Assembly: GCA_037481835.1 (NCBI GenBank)
Contig: JBBFKW010000002.1
Span: 192,001-256,000 of the forward strand
From: Desulfosoma sp.
GTDB taxonomy: Bacteria; Desulfobacterota; Syntrophobacteria; Syntrophobacterales; DSM-9756
DNA length: 64,000 nt
Direction of reading: 5' to 3'
Shown here in pieces: positions 38,090-46,333 of this stretch (positions are counted from its first letter, which is position 1; every line of letters starts with the position of its first letter). The notes beneath the pieces were generated by a model. It worked only from the letters and a program-made list of their open reading frames with translations. It searched no databases and had not been told where the DNA came from. Both the position numbers and the translations under genes were made by a program.

Positions 38090-40170
38090 TTCGAAGACTT
38101 GTGCAGGTGCTGGCCATTCTGGGAACGCTTTACCATCTCTACCTGGTCGTTCACCCGCACACGCCCTTGTCCTCGCTGAGGGTTTCCATCTTGGACCTCA
38201 CCCAGGTCCAGAGGGCGACCCACGTGTGTCTGATCGCCCTTTTGGGCTATTGGGTGTGCGTCTACCGGCTGAAGAGCCGAAGCTTTTGGGGGGCCCTGCC
38301 GCTCCTGATCATGACGGGGTTCCTGACCTTTGAATTCCTGCGCCTGGACGTACCCGTTTTCATGAAGGCCATGGCCTGCGCGGTGTGGGCTTTGACCATG
38401 CTTTCGGTCACCATCCCTCAGGTGGGCATGGCGGCCAATGTGCTCTGCGGCCTCCTCAGCCTCTTTCCCTTCATTTATTTGGTCGCGACTTACGAAAAGC
38501 TCATCTATCGCGCCATCATGCCCGAGCCGTGGGACCTCATGATGTCCCTGTCGGAAATCCTTCTGGTCCTCGGGGTCATCTTTCGCCTGAGCGGGCCCAT
38601 CATGCCCACGCTCGTCATGGTTTTCGTCCTCTACAACATTTACGGGAATCATATCCCGGGCGTTTTCGCCAACCCCGGTTTCAGTGTGGACATGCTTTTG
38701 GGCAAGCTCTATTGCGAGACGGAAGCAGGCATTTTCGGCTCCATTACCGGCGTTTCCTTAAAGTACCTCATCTATTTCACGACCTTGGGCGCGGTGGTGA
38801 CCCAAATGGGCTTCGGCAAGATCATCGCCAACATCGCCTTGCTTCTCGTCGGACGCAGCCCGGCTTCTCCGGGGCGAGCCAGTTCGGTCATGGCGGTGCT
38901 CATGGGCATGTTCTCGGGATCGGGGGCCGCCGACACGCAGTTTGTGGCCACCTTGACCAAGCCGCTCTACGACCAGGTGCGATACAACCGCCTGGTGGCC
39001 GCAGGCGTCATCGCCACCGTGGGCTCCATTGCCTACATCACCCCGCCGGTCATGGGCTCCATCTCCTTCATCATGGTGGAACTCCTGTCCATCCCGTATT
39101 CCATGATCATCATCATGGCCACAGGCCCCATGCTCCTGTACCTGGCCAGCATCATGCTCTACAATGAACTCTACGTCCTTCGGGAAGGCCTTCCCCACCT
39201 GCAAGTGGCCACGACGACCACGTGGGCCTACTTTCGCCGATATTCCTACGTCTTCGTGCCCATCCTGGTCATCATCGCCTTGATTTACCGAGGTATTTCC
39301 ATCAACCTCACGGTTTCCGTGGCCATCGGCCTCTTTCTGCTGTTCGCCTATGCGGACCGTTCCGTGAGACCTCCGGTGGCCAAGGTGTGGGAAGCACTGG
39401 AAGAAGGGATCGTCTCGCTCTTGCCCATCGCCAGCGCGGTCATCGCGGCCAACATGATCATGTCCATGATGGTCTTGAGCGGGCTGGCTTCCAAGTTTTC
39501 CATCGTCATGCTCAAGATCAGCGGATCCAGCATGCTCTTGGCCACGCTGTTCACCGGCGTCTTCAGCCTCATTTTGGGCATGGGCGTGCCGCCCATCGCC
39601 ACCTATGTCTTGACCTCGGCCCTCACGGCCCCCACCATCCAGAAGCTGGCCATGATGAGCGGTATTCCCGAGGGGCCGGCCCTTTTGGCGACGCACATGT
39701 TTCTTTTCTATTTCGCCGTGCTGGCCGAGGTCACCCCGCCGGTGGCGCTTTCGGCCTACGCGTCGAGCGCCGTCATGGGGACGGATCCCATCAAGACCGG
39801 GGTGTTTGCGGCCCGGGTGGCCCTGCCCAAGTACTTCATCGGGCTTGCCTTCATCTTGTCGTTCAGCGGCACGGCCCTGCTCATCCTGCCCGTGACGGAA
39901 ACCCTATCGGGCTTTGAGGCGTTTCGCGTCATCGCCTTGCGCTATCTCGCCTCCATCGGGGCCGTATTGTTTCTCAATGCGGGCGTTGTGGGCTACCTCT
40001 TCCGAAGGCTTTCCCAGGTGGAGCGCTGGCTTACGGGGCTGTGCGGCCTGCTCCTTTTCTACCCCCACTTCGGGCTGAACGCGGTCACAGGCGCCATTGC
40101 CCTTATCGTCAGTGGCTACGCCTGGATGACCCGGCGCAAAACCGCCGCGGCTCCAGCCCCGAAAGGGTGA
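38077..40170 (+). CDS. TRAP transporter fused 4TM/12TM permease (TAXI type)
   Basis: GIFG, ITPPVMG, LILGMGVP, HMFLFYF..LAEVTPPVAL; highly hydrophobic. Confidence 0.92.
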   Translation: MDVLIRRLVQVLAILGTLYHLYLVVHPHTPLSSLRVSILDLTQVQRATHVCLIALLGYWVCVYRLKSRSFWGALPLLIMTGFLTFEFLRLDVPVFMKAMACAVWALTMLSVTIPQVGMAANVLCGLLSLFPFIYLVATYEKLIYRAIMPEPWDLMMSLSEILLVLGVIFRLSGPIMPTLVMVFVLYNIYGNHIPGVFANPGFSVDMLLGKLYCETEAGIFGSITGVSLKYLIYFTTLGAVVTQMGFGKIIANIALLLVGRSPASPGRASSVMAVLMGMFSGSGAADTQFVATLTKPLYDQVRYNRLVAAGVIATVGSIAYITPPVMGSISFIMVELLSIPYSMIIIMATGPMLLYLASIMLYNELYVLREGLPHLQVATTTTWAYFRRYSYVFVPILVIIALIYRGISINLTVSVAIGLFLLFAYADRSVRPPVAKVWEALEEGIVSLLPIASAVIAANMIMSMMVLSGLASKFSIVMLKISGSSMLLATLFTGVFSLILGMGVPPIATYVLTSALTAPTIQKLAMMSGIPEGPALLATHMFLFYFAVLAEVTPPVALSAYASSAVMGTDPIKTGVFAARVALPKYFIGLAFILSFSGTALLILPVTETLSGFEAFRVIALRYLASIGAVLFLNAGVVGYLFRRLSQVERWLTGLCGLLLFYPHFGLNAVTGAIALIVSGYAWMTRRKTAAAPAPKG

Positions 40171-40186
40171 CGGACTGTTCCCCGAG

Positions 40187-40218
40187 GCGCCGTGAACCCC
40201 ATGGGGGTGCGGCGCTTT
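40187..40218 (+). terminator. Putative terminator hairpin after the TRAP permease
   Basis: GCGCCGTGAACCCC-ATG-GGGGTGCGGCGC-TTT. Confidence 0.4.
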
Positions 40219-40403
40219 CCCGATTCCCTCAGAGAATACCAGCGGGCGGGAAGGCCGCCGGGACTTCCAGGGACCGGAGCTCCTTTGCGACCAAATGGGG
40301 GCGAGGTCCCGTAGGCCCGCTGCGCCGCCACAGGCACGGCCCGCTTGGGGAGGGGCCTGAATCCTGGGCCCTGCGGCAATGCGCCCGCCCTTTCGCGAGC
40401 CGC

Positions 40404-40685
40404 TCATTGCAGCTTCTTGGGCGTTTTCAGAGGAGCGGGAGCCTGGACGAGCCGGTTCGTCAGGTCCTTGCGGAAGTGTGCCGGAAAGGGCTTTTGTCCC
40501 AGGCACATGGCCAAAAGGTCCATGTCGTCCAGGGAAAGAACGGCTTCCAATTCGCGAAGGTCGCCCTCGTCGAGCCGCTCGCCATGGATGTCCCAGAACC
40601 GGGTCAGGATGAGTTCCAGTTCCTGAGTGGCACGACGCCGGCACAGGTAGCGCAGTTTCCTTCGCAGCACATCCATCGATTCCAT
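40404..40685 (-). CDS. sdhE: SdhE/Sdh5-like flavinylation (assembly) factor
   Basis: RRKLRYLCRRRATQELELIL..F...LSLDDMDL pattern and size (93 aa) of the SdhE family. Confidence 0.7.
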   Translation of the reverse strand: MESMDVLRRKLRYLCRRRATQELELILTRFWDIHGERLDEGDLRELEAVLSLDDMDLLAMCLGQKPFPAHFRKDLTNRLVQAPAPLKTPKKLQ

Positions 40686-40778
40686 CCTTTGGGGACCTTC
40701 CTCGACTTGGGAGTTCTCGTTTTTGCCGGCGTTCTTTCGGTAAGCACCACGTTTTCAACCGGCAAAGCTCTCAACAAT

Positions 40779-40860
40779 GGGAGGCGCGTCCAACTCAAGC
40801 AGGGTCGTGCCACATGCGTCGATCTTGGCTTTGGCCCTCTTGACGCTGGACGCGCCTCCC
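40779..40860. repeat. 82-bp hairpin with perfect 14-bp terminal inverted repeat
   Basis: GGGAGGCGCGTCCA (40779-40792) / TGGACGCGCCTCCC (40847-40860), plus inner pairing TCAAG-AGGG / CCCT-CTTGA. Confidence 0.8.
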
Positions 40861-41285
40861 TCCTGGGGAGCGTTTTCTCCATGGAATCCAGCGGCTCCTC
40901 CATGCGGCGGCGACGGTTCTCCACGGGGGAGACTTTGTTGCCGTAAGCCACCCGGGTCTTGGCAAGGACTTGCGATTGCTCGTGAGAAACCGGCTGGAGC
41001 AAGCCCTCGAGGAAAAGGTTGTCGATATAAATGCGGACATCGTGGTGGTCGAAAGGCAAAAGCCTCGGTCCTGGGAACTCGAAGCCGGGTGCGCTGCGTC
41101 CTCAGGGACGGCATCGCCCTTCGGCTTTGCGAGCGAATCCAGCAACACCGGCCGGCGCTCCTGCAGGAACGCAAAGAATGCTTGCGCGTCCGGAATGATG
41201 GCTTCCAGAGGCCAATCCTCGAACAGGCCGTTTTGACGAAGCCCTGGATAAAGCACACATCGAGGACGGCCGGAATTTGTTGTTG
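40861..41285 (-). pseudogene. pglZ: BREX type 3 PglZ internal fragment with frameshifts
   Basis: Joined frames read QQIPAVLD..FIQ/LRQNGLFEDWPLEAIIPDAQAFFAFLQER.../GFEFPGPRLLPFDHHDVRIYIDNLFLEGLLQPV, which I recall as BREX-3 PglZ sequence; two frameshifts, truncated by the IS. Confidence 0.7.
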
Positions 41286-41288
41286 GAA

Positions 41289-42151
41289 TGTGTCAATGGA
41301 AATGAGACACCTCCGGTGAAGAATTAGACTCTCAGATCATCGCTTGTCTGCTTGTTGATCCAAGCGGCGGTTGGCAAAGCCGGAGGCTGCGGGATCTTGC
41401 CTTTGAAACGGGCAGGATTGGCTTCAAAGGCAGCCTTAAGGACCAGGCGGCGTTGATCCACCACCTGAGCCGCCAATCCATAGTGGAGCCGCTCCGGCGT
41501 GACCCGTCCCATGCCTGAGTGGCGATGTTCCTGGTTGTACCAAGTGGAAAAATCCCGGCAAAAGGATCGGGCGTCTTGGATCGAACCGAAACGTCCTGGA
41601 AACTGCGGACAATGCTTGAGGGTCTTAAAATGGGCCTCCGAATAAGGATTGTCATTGCTCACATGGGGCCGGCCGTGGGTTTTGGCGACCCCGAGATCCG
41701 ACAGCACGTGGACGAGGCACTTCGAGGTCATGGGCGAGCCCCGATCCGCGTGAACAGTAAGCCGGCCTTCAACAATGCGCTGCTTTTGGCAGGTCTCCTC
41801 AATGAGCTTCTGTGCCAGTGCGGCGCTCTCGCGGTGAGCGACCATCCATCCCACAACGGAGCGGCTAAAGAGGTCCATAATGACGTACAGATAGGCAGGC
41901 ATCGGCTTCTTTCAGGATTCGCACCTTGTAAGCAGCATTAAGGACTCGTCGGGGTTTCTTTTCCATCACTTCCGGATCCGGCGGATTGAGAAGTGCCCCG
42001 ATGGGGGTAACTCCAGTCGCCCTACGAGTTCGTTCCGCCGCCCCCATCCCTGTGCCGTGGTCGTGATTTTGAGTGGATGCCATAGCATGTCTTCTCCTAC
42101 CCGCCCTACACTCATTTAACAAGGGGCAGGTGTCTCACCGTCATTGGCACA
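41289..42151 (-). mobile_element. Internally deleted IS3-family insertion sequence
   Basis: Imperfect 24-bp IRs TGTGTCAATGGAAATGAGACACCT / AGGTGTCTCACCGTCATTGGCACA; orfA start (PDPEV..YKVRILKEADAC, ATG 42083) joined directly to the rve/DDE C-terminal part (YLYVIMDLFSR, HADRGS, DNPYSEAHFKTLK, WYNQEHRHSG). Confidence 0.85.
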
Positions 42152-42277
42152 GAGGGAGTTCCTGGTTTTGGATTCCTGGTTTTCAAAAAGGTTGTCTTGG
42201 CGGTTCATGCGAACTTCACTCCTTTTGGCTGGATAAAGGCGGAATGAGGCCGCCTTATTACCGCCTTATTCTCCGCC

Positions 42278-43680
42278 TTATTCATCGTCACGCCTCACCA
42301 AGGACCAGGTGGCTCCCCGGCCATGCCCAGATGACGACACCAAGTCCAGCTTTTTCAGGTGCAAAAGCTCTTCGCGAAGCCTCCGGTCAGATGGCGGATT
42401 CTCCAACCTGGAACGAATCTCGCGCAGGGGGATAGACGGTTTCTTGGACAAAACGTGCAGGATCTCCCGCTGTCGCTCGGTGAGGTCATGCGCTACGCGA
42501 TGCGGGGCGATGTAGCCGCTGGGTACGAAGCGCACCCAGACGCTGCCGGCCTGCTCGCCGAACTCGGGCTCGGGTGGCCGGCTTTCACACAGAGCTCAAC
42601 GATCTTTTGCGTGCCACGGCCCCAGCGTTCGATGATCCCGCGAAGATAGAAGACCGTGGCGATCAGCGGATTGCGAGGCTTCGACGGGTGGTCTCTCTTG
42701 AGGTCTGCTGGGCTGAGGCCAGCGGGCAATGTTCCATCGCTCCAGATCTCCAGACGGTCGTCGTAGATTGCGAGACTCACCGCCCCGCCTGTGATGGTGT
42801 AGTCCCGGTGGCAGAAGGCATTGACCAGCGCTTCCCGAAGGGCTTCGAGCGGAAAGAGCGGCTCGTCCTCCCGTTCGAACAGGCCGGGCACGATTCGGCC
42901 CGCCACCGGAAGGTGCCGACGCAAAAACAGCATGGCCTCGTCGAGGAGGGAGAATGCGTGGCCCTCCATCTGGCGCTGGTCGAGAAATTCCGATTTGTCC
43001 ACTCCGCGGAAGCGGGCCATACGTAACTGGCATTGGGGGTAATCGGGCAGGAAGCGGGTGCCGAATAGAAGAATGGCTGCGTTGTTCAGTCGACCGTCCT
43101 TGAGCAATCCCAACCGACGCAAGATGTCGGGGATGTCGCTGCCAGTCGATTCGGGTAGGCGGCCGGCAGCGATGCCTAGGCGCACGGTGCGCAGGATTTC
43201 CTCTTGGTCGAGGTCGATCAAGCCATATCCCTCGGCTTGCAGCGTTTCCCAGCGGGCGCGGCTGTCAAGACGTTCTGCCAGAAGCCGATGGTAGGTATCC
43301 TGAGGCATCACCGATGTGGTGGGACCCACCCGTTGATAAGGCCGACCGTCAAAGACATAGGGGCGCCGGGTGGGATCCGTTTGTGCCTCCAACACCAGCA
43401 CTTCCTTGCCATCACCGAGGTCGATTCGTCCCTGACGGATGTCTACCGGAGGTTCAAAACGACCCATTTGCTCGGCCATCTCCCGTAAGGTCTTATCAGA
43501 GACAGCCTGACCGCAAATTTTGCCTTCAGGGGTAACGCCGATCAAAACCTTTCCCCCGGCGCCGTTGAGCATGCCGCAAAGGGTTTCCATCGCCCGGCGA
43601 AGCTGAGCCGAGGATTTCTTGAATTCTAGAGTTTCCGATTCGCCCAGTTGGACGAGTTGTTTTAGTTCGTTCCGGTCCAC
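42278..43680 (-). pseudogene. AlbA_2 (Schlafen-like) + HATPase_c_4 + winged-HTH protein, single frameshift
   Basis: ESETLEFK, LCGMLNGAGG.VLIGV, ALREALVNAFCHRDY, PRNPLIA, IERWGRG; 1-nt loss near 42572 (HP/EPEFGEQAG) separates the LTERQREIL HTH tail. Confidence 0.8.
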
Positions 43681-43683
43681 GGC

Positions 43684-43975
43684 CTACTCCAGCACGATTC
43701 TCCCCTTGCTTGGCTCATGACCTCGGGTGAGGTCGCTCAGGTACTCCTCAAAGCGTTTCTTCATCTCCACCGGCGTCGCCGGTGAGCCACCCTTGAGAAG
43801 GGCTTTGCGCGGATCATCTGTCTTCGCCTCGACCTTGACCAACCCGGAGAGCACCTCCTGCAGGGCGTGAATGAAATTCTGGTCCAGCTCGTCGGGCAGC
43901 TTCCGCTCTTTGAGGAAGACATCAACCAGTTTTCTGTGCACGGGTTTGAGCAGGTCGAGGTTGGCGCAAGGAGTA
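43684..43975 (-). pseudogene. brxC: C-terminal remnant of BREX-3 BrxC-like ATPase (DUF6079 family)
   Basis: [54 protein letters not shown], recalled as the DUF6079 C-terminus; no N-terminus present. Confidence 0.7.
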
Positions 43976-43991
43976 ATGTCGGCTGGTGACC

Positions 43992-44019
43992 CAGTCCTCA
44001 GTCCTCGCCCCTCAGTCCT
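43992..44019. repeat. Tandem 7-mer repeat (CAGTCCT x2, CGCCCCT, CAGTCCT)
   Basis: Read directly; lies at the brxF/brxC junction. Confidence 0.8.
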
Positions 44020-44398
44020 GCCTTTTCCGTTCCTGGCGGCAACGACCGTCTTGTTCCGGGACAATCCCTGAAGCAGACGCAATGGATCCTGCTTCAGGTG
44101 GACAATCGAAAAGGAACTCGATGCCGTCGAGCAAAACCAGCTCGCCTCGGGCTTCACCCACGATGTCGCCCAGGAGCCGCGGCAGCTGCAGAGCCCGTTG
44201 GCGTTCGGTGAGGTCCAGCATCCGGCGAGACAGCTGGAGATTGACGTTGACGAGCGGTGCGGACGCCCTTGCCGACACCTCATGAAGCGCGGACGTCTTC
44301 CCGCTTCCCGCCGGGCCCACCATCAGGATCAGGCGGTAATAGAGCTTGCGAGCCTCGCCGATCTTTCGCAGGACCTCATCTGCCAAGGGCTCCGCCGT
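44020..44398 (-). pseudogene. brxF: BREX-3 P-loop protein BrxF, inactivated
   Basis: [52 protein letters not shown]; +1 frameshift near 44104; apparent start codon is ACG at 44398. Confidence 0.8.
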
Positions 44399-44751
44399 TA
44401 CTCGTTTCCTCTGTCTTTGACCCGTACCTTTCCCGGACCTCGCCCATCGGGCGCACCTTCGCCGTGTCCAAATCGACTATCCTATCTATTTCTCATATCG
44501 CTATGCGTTCCATCCCTCCGATCCCAGAAAGGCCCTCATGGGCGCATCCCCGTCGTCGCCCTGGGACATTCGGCAAACACCCTCTTTTGGGTCTTGGAAT
44601 TGTCCAAGCAGAAAAGATTCACGTCCAAAGCCCCCTTCCCCCGCGGGGAAATCCGTTACGGGAACCTGCACGTCTTCCAGCAATTCAGCGCCACAGGCAG
44701 GGGAAAATCGAGGGTCATTGTTCACGCTCCTTGCCGGCTCTTTGAATCAGT

Positions 44752-45618
44752 CTATGCCATACGGGAGGGGTTTTGGGGAAGGGTGGCTTTGACCCACGAG
44801 ACGACGGTGCGGAGCACTGCGGGGTGGTAGAGCATGGCCACATGGCTCATGGGCGGAGTCCATCGGACCTGCCAGTGCGCCGCCGTCGGAAGGAGCGCCT
44901 CTTGAGGAAGCACCATGTTGTCCACCGGGGAGGCCAAGGCAAGGCAGGAAAAAGGGGGCTCGGGGGTGAGGTTTTCCAGGCTTTCCAAGTCTTCAAAAAG
45001 GCGGCTTCGGAAACCCAAGGATTTGCCCAGGCTTCCCACGGCGAACACGGCGAGGCGGCTCCCCTGATGGGGGGTTCCCAGGGTGAGGCACCCCGAAACA
45101 GTCCCTTGGCGGGCGGTCCATGCGGCATGGCGGGCAAGGAGTCCTCCCAGGCTGTGTCCCACGAGAAAAAGAGGCCGCGACGGGGCGCTCCGGTGCAGGG
45201 CTTCAATGTGGCCGCGAAGCTTTTCGGCCAGGGGAAAGAACGCTTCTCCCCGGCTGGAATAGGTCCACGGGCGGATGTCGTGGATCCCGGCCCGTTTCAA
45301 AGCGCGCTCCAAGAAGATAAAGGCGCTCTTGTTGTGATACAGCCCGTGAACGGTGACCACAATGGGATCCCGGGTGTCGGAACGTGTAGCGGCGCCTTTC
45401 CGCTTGGGAAGCCAGCCCAGGGGAAAGGTGAAGGCGGCCGTGATCTGAGCCGCCACGGCCCAAAGAAAACCTAGAACCAGCCATGTTCTAACCCGCCCTT
45501 TGGAAAGGCTCCGAAGCTTTTCGAGGCCCGGCCCGTTTGCGGTATCGTACCAATAGAGCGTATAGGTAGCGGCGGCAAAAAGGACGAAGAAGAACAGAAG
45601 GCCGAATGCCCACCCCAT
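44752..45618 (-). CDS. Membrane-anchored alpha/beta hydrolase (lipase/esterase-like)
   Basis: N-terminal TMs, VHGLY, GHSLGG nucleophile elbow, LGTPHQGS, D and H of the triad; start overlaps the HAD stop. Confidence 0.85.
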   Translation of the reverse strand: MGWAFGLLFFFVLFAAATYTLYWYDTANGPGLEKLRSLSKGRVRTWLVLGFLWAVAAQITAAFTFPLGWLPKRKGAATRSDTRDPIVVTVHGLYHNKSAFIFLERALKRAGIHDIRPWTYSSRGEAFFPLAEKLRGHIEALHRSAPSRPLFLVGHSLGGLLARHAAWTARQGTVSGCLTLGTPHQGSRLAVFAVGSLGKSLGFRSRLFEDLESLENLTPEPPFSCLALASPVDNMVLPQEALLPTAAHWQVRWTPPMSHVAMLYHPAVLRTVVSWVKATLPQNPSRMA

Positions 45619-46313
45619 CACAAAAGCCCTCGCTTTTTCAGAAACCCGACGACGTCCGCAAGATTCGCCACACTGCCTTCGGGTGCCGGTTTCATTCCGT
45701 TGAGGATGTCGGCGAGGAGGTCGCGTTCCCTTTCCGGGCGATGGAGAATCCACAGGCCGCGCATTCCCGAAGCCCGAGCCGGCTCTATGTCCAGTTCATA
45801 GGAATCCCCCACCATCCAACACTGTCCGAAGCCCCGCATTCGAGCGGCCTGGACCGCCTTTTCGAAGAGCGCCTCGGCGGGTTTTTTCACGCCTTCGCGG
45901 TAGCTCAAAAACCGAAAATCCGCCGACGCGTCGATGTCCGGGCACCTTTTTTGAAATCCCAGGAAAAAGGGGTGCCAGATATTGGAAATGAGCCCTATGC
46001 CGTGGCCGGCTTCTTTCAGGAGCGAAACGAGCGCCGTAGCGCCGGGGATTTCACGGACACACTCCATTTGATCATCCCAGAGGCGCCGGATTTCGCGAAA
46101 GACCATGGCAGGGTCGTGGCGGGGAAGGACCGCCGAAACCGCCCGCCCGACCGTTTCCGGGTCCGCGGCGGGGAGGGTCATGAGGAGCTTTCCCACGGTC
46201 TTGGTCTCGTGTTCGTCCAGTTTCAAGGCGGCGCCGAGCAGCCGTCGGGGGGACGCCTCCGCCCCCGTAACCAGCGTATGCCCGATATCGAAGAAAAAAA
46301 CGGTCTTTTCCAT
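45618..46313 (-). CDS. HAD-superfamily hydrolase
   Basis: FFDIGHTL, LISN, KKP, MVGDSYELDI. Confidence 0.88.
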   Translation of the reverse strand: MEKTVFFFDIGHTLVTGAEASPRRLLGAALKLDEHETKTVGKLLMTLPAADPETVGRAVSAVLPRHDPAMVFREIRRLWDDQMECVREIPGATALVSLLKEAGHGIGLISNIWHPFFLGFQKRCPDIDASADFRFLSYREGVKKPAEALFEKAVQAARMRGFGQCWMVGDSYELDIEPARASGMRGLWILHRPERERDLLADILNGMKPAPEGSVANLADVVGFLKKRGLL

Positions 46314-46333
46314 GAGGGGCGGTCTCGTTGGTT

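Noticed and set aside
40797..40813. sigma54 promoter upstream of sdhE (TGGCACGACCCTGCT, minus strand)
   Set aside because: GG-to-GC spacing is 9, not the required 10
43684..44283. 199-aa ORF as a genuine protein
   Set aside because: Chimeric frame made of the frameshifted brxF tail, the heptamer repeat and the brxC C-terminus
44400..44750. Short ORFs between brxF and the lipase gene
   Set aside because: No recognisable motifs or RBS; treated as intergenic or island boundary
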